From NCBI GenBank assembly GCA_964354755.1, contig CAYHBA010000001.1, positions 320,706 to 384,705 of the forward strand: a stretch of DNA of 64,000 bases, in the 5' to 3' direction. Positions 18,900-28,700 of this stretch are shown one piece after another. Position 1 is the first letter of the stretch. Every line of letters begins with the position of its first letter. The DNA comes from an uncultured Thermoplasmata archaeon. GTDB taxonomy: Archaea > Thermoplasmatota > Thermoplasmata > SG8-5. A program made the translations under genes and the position numbers. The notes under the pieces were generated by a model. It was not told the origin of the DNA. It saw only the letters and a program-made list of their open reading frames with translations, and ran no database searches.

Positions 18900-19927
18900 T
18901 ATTCCTCACCTCCCAGCATATGCAGGGCCTTCTCGCTGAACACTGTCAGCCTGCCTGCGTCCCCTCCGGGGGCCAGGAGCTCTACGTTCAGCCTGGAGGG
19001 GGACACTATGTCGACGCCCGGAAGGTTGCCGAAGCATTTCCTGACCTTCTCGGTGTTGCTGACCACGAACAGTATGCTTGACGGGCACCTGTATTTCCTC
19101 CCCCTGGTCTTGCCCCGACCGGCTCTGAGATGAATGCCTCCCTTGGCCCGGTCCAGCTCGTTTGACAGACCTAGGGCCAGTAATACTTTGGCAGCCTCCT
19201 TTGTATAGGCGGGCCTCGAGTTCTCCTTCTGGTAATCCTTTGTTATCCTGTCGAACAGTGTCTCGAAATCATCGTTGACGACCATCGGCACTGTTGCGTT
19301 CTCCGGAACCCTGTGGCCTCTGGTGACGACAATGCTCTGGTTCCCGACCGCCGCAAGGGCGGATTTGAGCGCAAGCGCCTTTTCCTTCTTGTTTATCTTC
19401 TCAGTCCAGTCCTTCTCGGCCCTGGGCGGGTGCGCCCTCCTGCCCCCTGGGGTGTTTGGAGCCTGTGCGCCTTTTCCACCGCCGTGAAGCAGCCTCGGTG
19501 TCCTTGCCATTCCGCGGCCTTTTCCCGGCCAAGAGACTGAATGCCTCATTCCGGCCCGGGGTGCGGAGCCGTAAGGCTGGCGCCTGTTCGCCCTGGAGGA
19601 ATTTACAGCCTTTCGGATGATGTCGGGCCTAAACTGGGTCGTGAAAACATAAGGAAGCGGGATGCTCTTCTCGACTTTGCCGTCCAGAGAGTAAACATTG
19701 ACCTCGGACCCCTTTGCCTGAACGGCAATCTTTTTAACCTTCTTTTTTGGAGCCTCGACCGGTTTGGATGATTCCTTCGGAGTTTCGGTCTTGGAAGGAG
19801 CATCCTTCTTGACCGGTATCTTTGGGGCAGGTGCGGCCTCCTTCTTCGGGGCAACCTTCTTCGCGGGCGCCTCTTTCCTGGCGGGGGCCTTATTTTCTGC
19901 TTTCTTGGTTTCTGTCTTCTCTGCCAT
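18899..19927 (-). CDS. rpl4: 50S ribosomal protein L4 (uL4) with ~85-aa Lys/Ala/Pro-rich N-terminal extension
   Basis: C-terminal 343 codons of the 573-aa track ORF; starts MAEKTETKK at 19925-19927; the upstream 231 codons of that ORF overlap rpl3 in another frame and are rejected. Confidence 0.85.
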   Translation of the reverse strand: MAEKTETKKAENKAPARKEAPAKKVAPKKEAAPAPKIPVKKDAPSKTETPKESSKPVEAPKKKVKKIAVQAKGSEVNVYSLDGKVEKSIPLPYVFTTQFRPDIIRKAVNSSRANRRQPYGSAPRAGMRHSVSWPGKGRGMARTPRLLHGGGKGAQAPNTPGGRRAHPPRAEKDWTEKINKKEKALALKSALAAVGNQSIVVTRGHRVPENATVPMVVNDDFETLFDRITKDYQKENSRPAYTKEAAKVLLALGLSNELDRAKGGIHLRAGRGKTRGRKYRCPSSILFVVSNTEKVRKCFGNLPGVDIVSPSRLNVELLAPGGDAGRLTVFSEKALHMLGGEE

Positions 19928-19932
19928 TCTGC

Positions 19933-20922
19933 TCACGCCCCCTGCTTCGATTCCCTGGAGATATATACAATATCCGGGGACTCGACCTTGACGCCGACAG
20001 TGTACCTGGTGGCGTCCCTGAATCTTATCAGCCGCTTTGTCGGGCCCGGCACCGAGCCATGAACTATTACGTACTGGTTCACCACTTTTCCGTAGTGGAG
20101 GAAACCGCCGTTCGGCGTTATCTCGTCCTCCGGGCTTCCTATCTTGAGGACGCGCTTGTTGTACTCGGTCCTCTGGTGATAGCCAGTCTGCCCAGCTTGA
20201 GGGACAGTGGGCCTCACGTATTTCGGGGATTTCGGGCCGAGCGTACCGATCATCCTCCTGTGCTTGCTGTTCTTGTGAGAGAGCAGCTTCACTCCCCATC
20301 TCTTCGTATGGCCCTGGAAGCCATAACCGGCTGTTATCGCGGCCACGTCGATCATCTGGCCGGGCTTGGTGAAATCTGTGATTGCAATTTCCTTTCCCAG
20401 AAGGGATTTGGCATAGTCCATCCTCTCCTGGACCGTTCCGCCGCCCACGCGAACCTCCATGAGCTCCGGCACCTTTTTCGGTATTCCGGTGACCATTTTC
20501 GGAATCGTGTGCATTATCACGCGGACCTCTTCCACGTCGGCGGTTTCCACATCCTCTCCGTGCTTCTTCTTGGGCAAGGGTTTTCTCTTGGCCAGTTCCT
20601 TGTCGAACTTGCTGGTCCACACCTCGCCAAGGCTCTTCAGCCCGTAGCTGCTTCCGCCGTAATATCTCACGGCCACGACCTTCATCGGCGGCGTCTCCAG
20701 GACAGTCACGGGAATCTGGACCTCCTGCCCGGCTGTCGTGCTGGTAGGCCTGTAGTCAGTCATGAAGGCATGCGTCATGCCGGCCTTGTATCCGGCAAAA
20801 CCCTGAATCCTCGGCCCCTCGCGGCTTTCAGGCCACGAACTGAACTTGGGTACCGGGCTTTTCGCTCTCACGCGCGGAGAGTAACCTCTCGAACCTCTTT
20901 TCGGTCTGCTTGGTGCTGCCAT
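19933..20922 (-). CDS. rpl3: 50S ribosomal protein L3 (uL3)
   Basis: FAGYKAGMTHA... L3 motifs; first gene of the cluster. Confidence 0.95.
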   Translation of the reverse strand: MAAPSRPKRGSRGYSPRVRAKSPVPKFSSWPESREGPRIQGFAGYKAGMTHAFMTDYRPTSTTAGQEVQIPVTVLETPPMKVVAVRYYGGSSYGLKSLGEVWTSKFDKELAKRKPLPKKKHGEDVETADVEEVRVIMHTIPKMVTGIPKKVPELMEVRVGGGTVQERMDYAKSLLGKEIAITDFTKPGQMIDVAAITAGYGFQGHTKRWGVKLLSHKNSKHRRMIGTLGPKSPKYVRPTVPQAGQTGYHQRTEYNKRVLKIGSPEDEITPNGGFLHYGKVVNQYVIVHGSVPGPTKRLIRFRDATRYTVGVKVESPDIVYISRESKQGA

Positions 20923-21134
20923 TCTTTTGCCCCCTGGGGGTGAGCGCCGCTACGCTGAGTTGCGCTGCATTCCGCCGTTCCTATGTTCGACGGTGAGTCG
21001 TGCCAGTCCGATATTTCAGGCCAACCGTGACGGGGGCCGTCCCTCAAAACATCGTCGGGGACAGCTATGGGAATGACTATCCCAAGCCGTGTGGTTGACA
21101 TATCAACCTGGCGGATTGCGGGATAAGATGGGGG

Positions 21135-21143
21135 TATATAAAG
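21135..21143. promoter_or_regulatory. TATATAAAG box in the divergent region between rpl3 and the sugar dehydrogenase gene
   Basis: Only strong TATA element in 20923-21225; could serve either or both divergent units. Confidence 0.35.
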
Positions 21144-21225
21144 ATAATGGATTTTGCCAGTCTGAACCGCGTCTCGGGCGCCATCCTCAGAAAGGTTAAT
21201 ATTGCGAGGGCCACTGACACGGCCG

Positions 21226-22581
21226 ATGACCATGAAAGTAGTGGTAATAGGCATGGGCTATGTCGGCATTCCCGCAGCAGCTCTTTTCGCGGATGTCGAG
21301 GGATTCACTGTCACGGGCGTCCAGAGGAAATCGGCCCGTTCCGGCTGGAAGATTGACTGGCTCAATCAGGGGAAGAACCCGATTGGCGGAGACGAGCCAG
21401 GCCTGGAGGAACTGCTGCGGCGCGTGCACAAGAGGGGATCTTTCAAGGTGGTGGACGATTACTCGGCGGTGAAGGATGCCGATGCCGTTCTCATAGATGT
21501 CCAGACGCCCACCGATGAGGACCACATCCCAAGGTACGAATCGCTCAAAGAGGTCAGCCAGACCATATCCAAGCTCATAAAGAAAAATGGGCTTGTCGTC
21601 ATCGAATCCACTGTTGCCCCCGGAACCACGGAGCATATGGTGAAGCCCATCCTGGAGAAGGGCTCGGGCATGAAGGCCGGAAAGGACTTCTACCTGGCAT
21701 TTTCATATGAGAGGGTCATGGTCGGACGATTGCTGAAGAACATCACTGACCTTCCGAGGATAGTCGGCGGGATTGACAGCGAGAGCACAAAGAGGGCCAT
21801 GGCCTTGTACAAGCACATTGTCAAGGCGCCGCTGCATGCTACGGACTCGCTCACTGCCGAGGTCGCCAAGGTCGTGGAGAACACCTACCGGGACGTGAAC
21901 ATAGCCTTCGCAAACGAGGTGGCAGTGGCATGCGAGAGCCTGGGCGTGGACGTGTACAAGGTGAGGGAGCTGGTCAACACCCTTCCCAACGATCCTTCGA
22001 ACCCCTCCACCAACCCTGTGAGGAACATGCATTTCCCCGGTGCCGGGGTCGGCGGCCATTGCCTTCCGAAGGACCCCTGGCTTTTCAAGTACGGCCTGGA
22101 CACGTACGGAAAATTCAAATTCGAGCCGAAGATAATCGTGAACAGCAGGCATCTCAATGACTGGATGCCGGTTCACATCGTGGACATCCTCGAGCAGGAG
22201 CTGACCAAGGCAGGAAAGAAAATGAAAGGGGCCAAGGTGGCAATCCTCGGGGTCGCATTCCTCGAGAACTCGGACGACACGAGGAACTCGCCGTCCATGA
22301 TTTTCTACGACGAGCTGGTGAAACGGGGAGCAAAACCCGTGCTCCACGACCATCTTGTCAGGGAATTCGTGAGGCCCTATACCAATGACCTGGAAAAGGC
22401 GGTCGGGGGCTCGGACGCCATCATCCTGGCGGTCAAGCACAGCATCTACAGGGACCTGGACTTCGCTGCCCTGAAGAAAAGGGTCAGCACGCCCATCCTG
22501 ATCGACGGAAGGAATTTCTACACAAAAGAGAAAATTGAGAAAGCTGGCTTCATATACCGCGGCATAGGAAAGCCGGAATGA
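21226..22581 (+). CDS. nucleotide-sugar dehydrogenase (UDP-glucose/GDP-mannose dehydrogenase family, WecC-like)
   Basis: N-terminal Rossmann VVIGMGYVGIP; catalytic GGHCLPKD motif; ORF track begins at 21202, ATG at 21226 or 21232 preferred. Confidence 0.85.
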   Translation: MTMKVVVIGMGYVGIPAAALFADVEGFTVTGVQRKSARSGWKIDWLNQGKNPIGGDEPGLEELLRRVHKRGSFKVVDDYSAVKDADAVLIDVQTPTDEDHIPRYESLKEVSQTISKLIKKNGLVVIESTVAPGTTEHMVKPILEKGSGMKAGKDFYLAFSYERVMVGRLLKNITDLPRIVGGIDSESTKRAMALYKHIVKAPLHATDSLTAEVAKVVENTYRDVNIAFANEVAVACESLGVDVYKVRELVNTLPNDPSNPSTNPVRNMHFPGAGVGGHCLPKDPWLFKYGLDTYGKFKFEPKIIVNSRHLNDWMPVHIVDILEQELTKAGKKMKGAKVAILGVAFLENSDDTRNSPSMIFYDELVKRGAKPVLHDHLVREFVRPYTNDLEKAVGGSDAIILAVKHSIYRDLDFAALKKRVSTPILIDGRNFYTKEKIEKAGFIYRGIGKPE

Positions 22582-23040
22582 TCACTCGTATACGTTTGTC
22601 GAGGCGGACAGCATGACGCCGGCCGGAACGAACGATATCGTGACCAGGAGCGGGATGAAGAAGCCGTAGAAGAGCACGTTCTTCAGGAATCCGGAGCCGT
22701 ACTCCGCAAGGTCCAGCAATTTTGGCAGCATCATCAGGAAGATGCAGATGCCTATGGATGTGAAACCGATGAGTAGGGAGAATATAAGAGCCCGTTTCGG
22801 GCTGTCGAATGCGAAGCCGAGAATCAGGCCAGCGAAGAAAGGCGTCATGACGAGTATCAGAATCCCTATCACTGAACCGAACAGGCCCCACGGAAGCTCG
22901 CTCAGCGCATATATCAGGTAGACCGATGACATCATGCAAAGGGCGAATCCTGTCTTTGCCAGCATCCAAGGAAGGGAATTGTACTTCGCATGGTCGAAAT
23001 CGGATGTCTGCCCGTCCTGGCGGTCCCACAGGACTCCCAA
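22582..23040 (-). CDS. hypothetical small membrane protein (4 predicted TM helices)
   Basis: Hydrophobic segments; no recognisable motif. Confidence 0.45.
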   Translation of the reverse strand: MGVLWDRQDGQTSDFDHAKYNSLPWMLAKTGFALCMMSSVYLIYALSELPWGLFGSVIGILILVMTPFFAGLILGFAFDSPKRALIFSLLIGFTSIGICIFLMMLPKLLDLAEYGSGFLKNVLFYGFFIPLLVTISFVPAGVMLSASTNVYE

Positions 23041-23081
23041 ATCCGTAACTGGATTTGTTCGAGGGGGTTCATTCGAGATGC

Positions 23082-23579
23082 CTATGTGACCACCTCCACA
23101 CCCTTCTCCTCGAAAGCAAGATTAGTGACAAGGTCGCGCTCCGGCACGTACAGCCTGAGGTTGAGCGCGATATCTGCAGAGCCTGTGCCTTTGATGGTGT
23201 CCAAGTCTGCTTGGGCAAGGTCTACATACAGTATCACAGTGGTGGTATTATCAGCTTTGATGCGGGTGGATGCGAGTGCAATGGGGTATGCTGTTCCCAG
23301 GGTCAGGTTGCCGTCGGCGCCGGTTCCCCCAAGGTCGATGTCCAGGCCTCCTGGGTTCTCCACCCTGAGGCGTATCACTAGTCGTTCTTCGCGTTCTTCG
23401 CTAAGCCAGGCCTCCGCGACCGAGACCTTCAGGCCGTAGCCGTCGCTGGCATAATTCAGGTAAGTCAGGACGGAGAAGGCCATGATTATGACCGAGATCA
23501 TGCCGATGGCCAAAAAAAGCCAGTGCAATGCCTGCCTAGCGCTGCGTATTTTCATGTGCAATACAGTAAACAATCTCAA
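23082..23579 (-). CDS. hypothetical N-terminally membrane-anchored protein
   Basis: TM segment HWLFLAIGMISVIIMAFSVLTYL followed by a ~120-aa soluble domain. Confidence 0.45.
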   Translation of the reverse strand: MRLFTVLHMKIRSARQALHWLFLAIGMISVIIMAFSVLTYLNYASDGYGLKVSVAEAWLSEEREERLVIRLRVENPGGLDIDLGGTGADGNLTLGTAYPIALASTRIKADNTTTVILYVDLAQADLDTIKGTGSADIALNLRLYVPERDLVTNLAFEEKGVEVVT

Positions 23580-23625
23580 TATAATTAATATATCATTGAT
23601 AATATTCTCAATAACGGCTGGTAGT

Positions 23626-24714
23626 TTACTGTTTGCCCTTGCTCGAGAGCTTCATGAATGCGAACAGGAGCGCCTGCATGTACTTGCCGCTGCTCTTTAG
23701 GCTTGTAACGTCCCCGTTCCATTCCTTCAGCTGCAGCTGGTCTTCCTTCTCCATGAGAGTGAGAACTTTCGTGACAATCTTCTCGCTCCACGGGTCCACC
23801 GAACCCTCGGTGATGGCTATCACTATCGTGAACCTGCCGCTCTGGACAAGTATGTATCTGTTGTCCACGGGTATGACATTGAGCTTCTGAGGTACGTACT
23901 TTGGCGAGCGCAGGAAGTTCCTGCCCGTTTTAAGGTCGCCAAACAGTTCCTTCTGCTGGTCCTTTGAAACGACCCTGTTCGTGTGATGCGAGATGAATCT
24001 CCCGTCTTTATAGAGCAGGAACAGGTCTTTTACGACCATTGGGACGCGCCGCCTCTGGCTTTCCGTCCTGGGCTGTTCTGACCCGGAACTTGATATCTGG
24101 GCTCTCAAGCCTTCCTCGGCATACGCCTCCTTGTACTCCCGCTTCAGCTCGCTGAACTCAATCTCAATGCTCTCCGGATCTGCGGACTCGGCCAATTTGG
24201 CCCTGAAGGTTTCCACGCTGGCCTTCATCGAAGGCAGGACCATCTTATCCAACATTGATAAAATCTCCTTTGTCCTGCACTTCTTATTCAAGCCATTGAA
24301 GAGCGCATAAGCGGCCTCATGCTGCATGGGCTGGGAAAGGAGCCTGTTGAGTTCTCCGACCTCGGCCTCGAATCCTGCAGTGTCAAGCTTCTGAAGCTCG
24401 CCTTTTATGACGCCGTTTATCCCTATCCCCTTCTCAAAAGTGTCAATGGCCCCTTTCAGTTCCGAAGGAGAAGCTGTCTCGGCCAGCGTTTCGAGCTGGG
24501 AGACATCGTGTCCGTCAGCGGTGAATTTCGCAAGCTGGGTCCTGAACTTTTTTGATTTCTTGTCCTTGGAGTCGTCCTTGGCCGAACCCCCGATGACCTC
24601 GGAAACCGCATCGGCCAGTGCCGGTGCCGCCTCTGAATCCTGTCTTGCCTGGGGCGATTCAGAAATCTGTCTGTCTCTGTCTTTGCCTTTTTTTCCACCT
24701 TTCTTTCTGGCCAT
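23626..24714 (-). CDS. hypothetical protein: Lys-rich N-terminus, helical middle, C-terminal alpha/beta domain possibly Roadblock/longin-like
   Basis: C-terminal ~100 aa (VPMVVKDLFLLYKDGRFISHHT...RYILVQSGRFTIVIAITEG...EKIVTKVLTLME) has the beta-alpha-beta-beta-alpha pattern of Roadblock/LC7; assignment tentative. Confidence 0.5.
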   Translation of the reverse strand: MARKKGGKKGKDRDRQISESPQARQDSEAAPALADAVSEVIGGSAKDDSKDKKSKKFRTQLAKFTADGHDVSQLETLAETASPSELKGAIDTFEKGIGINGVIKGELQKLDTAGFEAEVGELNRLLSQPMQHEAAYALFNGLNKKCRTKEILSMLDKMVLPSMKASVETFRAKLAESADPESIEIEFSELKREYKEAYAEEGLRAQISSSGSEQPRTESQRRRVPMVVKDLFLLYKDGRFISHHTNRVVSKDQQKELFGDLKTGRNFLRSPKYVPQKLNVIPVDNRYILVQSGRFTIVIAITEGSVDPWSEKIVTKVLTLMEKEDQLQLKEWNGDVTSLKSSGKYMQALLFAFMKLSSKGKQ

Positions 24715-24747
24715 CTCTTTGCCTCCGATCCACCGAGCTGTTCCGGT

Positions 24748-25545
24748 TTATTGGCTGATGACTTCGAACTTGCCGTTCTCGAATATCAGCGGCATAAACT
24801 GTCTGGAGTGGTGGGTCTTACGCATCTTGACTACTCCTAGGTAAAGATTGGCTCCCCTATCGGTCTGCTCGACCTTGAGGTGGATTATACCGTCGGAGAG
24901 GAAATCCTCTATGCCATAGAGACCGTACACCTGGCGGTCGGTCGGCATCTCGGAAATCAGGAATGTGGTAACGCCGAGGTCGCGTATCTGCTCGAAGAAT
25001 TGGAACAATTCCCCGCGCGGGTTCTTGAACGTGGTCAGCGCGTAAACGGCTGCCAGCGAGTCCAGGACCAGTGCCTCGCATCCGAACTTCTGCTTGTAGT
25101 TCTTGAGAACGCCGATGATGGATTTGAGCCAGTCCACATTCTGGGGCTTGGTCTTGTCCACAGTGATGTCCTTCCTGACGCGGGCCAGGTCCACGACAAC
25201 CAGGTCGTCCAGTCCCCTCGAAGGCAGGCCCAGCTTCTCGACATGGTCAAGTATGCTCTGCTTGCTCTGTTCAAGGGTGAGGTAAATAGCCCTCAGTCCG
25301 TTCTTTTTGCATCCGTTGTAAATGATGCTGTAACCGACGGTCGATTTCATTGTGCCTGCGTGACCGCAAATCAGCACTATGTAATTTCTCGGCACTCCTC
25401 CCTCAAGTATCTCGTCGAGTCCGATGATATGGGTCGGTATCCTTGAGTCCACGCCGCCCGTTTCCTCGGGCGCCTGTACATTTTCTTCTCCAGACATATG
25501 AATCCCAGTCCTCATATTTGATTGTGGAATTAATTTCGCACTCAT
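24748..25545 (-). CDS. KaiC-like / RecA-superfamily ATPase, single domain
   Basis: IIGLDEILEGGVPRNYIVLICGHAGTMKST Walker A with the KaiC-type GLDE.L.GG lead-in; alternative ATG starts at 25515 and 25497. Confidence 0.8.
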   Translation of the reverse strand: MSAKLIPQSNMRTGIHMSGEENVQAPEETGGVDSRIPTHIIGLDEILEGGVPRNYIVLICGHAGTMKSTVGYSIIYNGCKKNGLRAIYLTLEQSKQSILDHVEKLGLPSRGLDDLVVVDLARVRKDITVDKTKPQNVDWLKSIIGVLKNYKQKFGCEALVLDSLAAVYALTTFKNPRGELFQFFEQIRDLGVTTFLISEMPTDRQVYGLYGIEDFLSDGIIHLKVEQTDRGANLYLGVVKMRKTHHSRQFMPLIFENGKFEVISQ

Positions 25546-25639
25546 GAGATATAGAACAGCTATATATACTTTTTACGGAGGATTGAGATATTACCAAGTG
25601 TCCAAAGGTGTGCCATATAATTCTTCAGTTAACAGTTAA

Positions 25640-25690
25640 ATCATAAATATTCGTAATTGTATAGTTAATTATTTATATCACCGCATTTAT
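25640..25690 (+). promoter_or_regulatory. AT-rich TATA-like region upstream of the giant SBP gene (SD GGAGAGG at 25763-25769)
   Basis: cataaatattcgtaattgtatagttaattatttatatca; Shine-Dalgarno 6 nt before ATG 25776. Confidence 0.3.
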
Positions 25691-25775
25691 TTGCTGAATA
25701 ACCTAAACCTGAGAAACAATGAAATATTCATTCCTAAATCAATGGAATGAAATGAATGAATAGGAGAGGAAACGG

Positions 25776-28700
25776 ATGAAAACAACCAAAGTTTTAAGTG
25801 CACTAGTAATCGGAATGATGATAGTGTCCAGTATCCCTCTGTTCGCCACAGCCCAGTCGACAAGTGGCGAGCTCGTCATAGCTCTGCAGCAGGACATGAC
25901 TAGCATGAATCCCTGGGACCCTGACACGAACGATGTATGGAAAACTTTTCAGATAGGTTGGAACTTCGAGGGCCTTATGGCCTACAACCCTGATTATGAA
26001 CTATACCCCGTTCTGGCGGCACCGAGCGCAACTGGACCCAATGGAGTGGATGCGACCATCACAAATGGTGGAATGAATATCTCTGTCAACATAAGACAGG
26101 GCGTCACGTTCCATGACGGAACCGCAATGGACTCCCAAGATGTAGTGTTCTCATACCAGACACTCGGATGGGGCCTTTTCCAGACGCAGGTCCTCGGGCC
26201 GCTGTACTGGGATGACGGCACAACCTTCACCCGGTACGATGGCGGAGTATGCAAGATCGGCGTCGAAACCAACGGAACATACAGGGTGGACTTCCGCCTG
26301 AACGGCAACTATGCCATGTTCTGGTACCTGACAATGGCCGTCCCGATCATGCCGCACCATATATGGAACACACACACTATCGATATGGTTCCAGCTGACT
26401 ATCCAGCATACAATGTCACAGACGAGAAGAGCTGGGATTACAGCTTCGGAGACGATACCACAGAAACGACTGCAACGATCGGTACAGGGCCTCTGATGCT
26501 CCAGAGCTGGGTAAAGGAGCAAGGCTCAATTATTGTGCCATACACAGGCTACTGGGATATAACCGGCACTACCACATGGCAGAGTGTGAATTACCCGAAC
26601 TACCCACAGAACGTCGACAAGATACGATTCAAGATATACACACAGCTGGACGTCGCAATACTGGCTCTCCAGAACGGCGATGTGCACCACCTCCCGTGGT
26701 CTCTGACACCGGGCTACTACAACCTGCTCAAGACAGACCCCAACATAGGGATCGAGCTGAACAAGGACCAGGGATTCTTTTACATGTCCTACAACTTCAG
26801 GAAAGGCGCGATAGCTGACGTCAACTTCAGAAGGGCAGTGGCCTACTGCGTTGACAAGCAGTACATCGTGGACAGGCTGATGGGCGGATACGGCATCCAG
26901 GGAAGCGTCCCTATGTCCGTGACTAACACATATTACGTTAATACATCAGTCCCAGCATGGATTGCTGGAGGAGACCTGAACGCGGCAAAGGCGCTTCTTG
27001 ACACAAACGGCTACACCGACAAGAACAGCGACGGCTGGAGGGACATGCCCGACGGCTCCCCGCTCAAGTACAACATACTGACGCCGCCGAAGGACTACGA
27101 CCCGATAAGGGCTGACGCCGGCATCATGATCGAGAAGAACCTCAAGTCTATCGGCCTGAACATCGCGGCCGTGCCGACAAGCTTCGACACAATAGTGAGC
27201 GCGGCATATGTCTCGCTGGACTTCGACATGTACATCCTCGGATGGTCTGTCGGTTCATTCCCTGAGTCATACCTGAGGGACTTCTTCCACGGCGACTCCG
27301 ATGTTGCAATGAACCCGGCCGGCTCCAACGCAGCCGGTTACCACAACGCAACGGTCGATGGCATGATAGATGCCATGGAAGAAGAGATGGACACAGAGGC
27401 AAGGGCCCAGATGATAAAGGATATCTGCGGAGCAACAATGATGGATGTTCCGTACGATGTTCTTTACTACAGGACCAACATCGAAGCCTACCGCAAGGAC
27501 ATCTGGTCCGGTTGGGTACCTGCATTCGGAACCATTTACAACGGATTCTCGGTATTCAACCTGGGCGCAACGCCCAGCAGCGGCGGCGGCGAGGGCGGGG
27601 AATCAGGCGGAACGCCCGGATACTCTGACGGAGCTGCAGACAAGGTCGCATTCAACGGCACGATGGCCCTTGACGCTGTCATGACAATGCCCGACTCTGT
27701 ATCCACGGATTCAAGCTTCGTGGCCACTGTCATGGTCAATGAGTTCTACGAGAACACGACCACCCATGTAAAGGACACAAGGGCCTGCGTCGGGGCAAAT
27801 GTCCAGTTCATAGCGGATATCGGCCAGTTCGCCAACGTCACGACTGGCGCGAACGGAAAGGCAAATTTCGTTGTGGATGTTGACTGGGCCAACTATGGTT
27901 CAATCAATGTGTTCGCTAACGCCAGCAAGGGTACGTTCTTCAAGACGATGTCCCAGGATATCACTGTTAACTTCATACCTGCGACAGCCACGCTCAGCCT
28001 CTCTGCCGAACACGCAGTTATCGCACCTGGCGGAAATACAAATGTCACTGCGAAAGTCACCGATATCAATGGCGACCCAATGGCCGGAGTGACTGTCAGC
28101 GTTGACAACAACCTGATGTTCGGATGGTCAAGCAGCAATGCGTCTGCCACGAATGCAGGCGGAGAGGTTTTATTCGTCTACCACGCGCCTCCCACATCAA
28201 TGCTGCCCAATACAAACAGGTACGAGCAATTCAAGGCAACCATCACGGTGCCCGGAACAATCATACCCGAAGTTCAGGCCACATCGCTCATCATCGGCAT
28301 CCAGAACAGCGTAAGGGACTGGTACTCGATTGACATAACAAGTGTTACCGAATACGTCATCTCGGGTAACCTGTCAGGCACGCTTCCACTGACCACAGAT
28401 GTAACAGCCACCATTCTGAACCAGGCCGGGACACCGGTGAACGGCGTCAAGGTCAATATATCGGTTGACAACACCATAGCGACACCTGATGCACTTGTGA
28501 AGACCACAGCCGGAGCTGGAACAGTAACATTCACCCTGACCGCAGTGGACCTGGGAAATAATACCCAGAGCACACCGGTCAAAGTCTACAACTACACAAA
28601 AGCCTACGCCACATCAGACATGTTCCTGCTTTGCAACGCCAACGAGACCAACACAACGACCGGATACGCAGCGGATATCGACTTCGACGCAATGGTCGAG

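Noticed and set aside
18899-20620. 573-aa ORF-track entry spanning the L4 region
   Set aside because: Only the C-terminal 343 codons are L4. The N-terminal 231 codons overlap rpl3 in another frame and have Arg/Gly-rich, non-protein-like composition. The true start is ATG 19925-19927.
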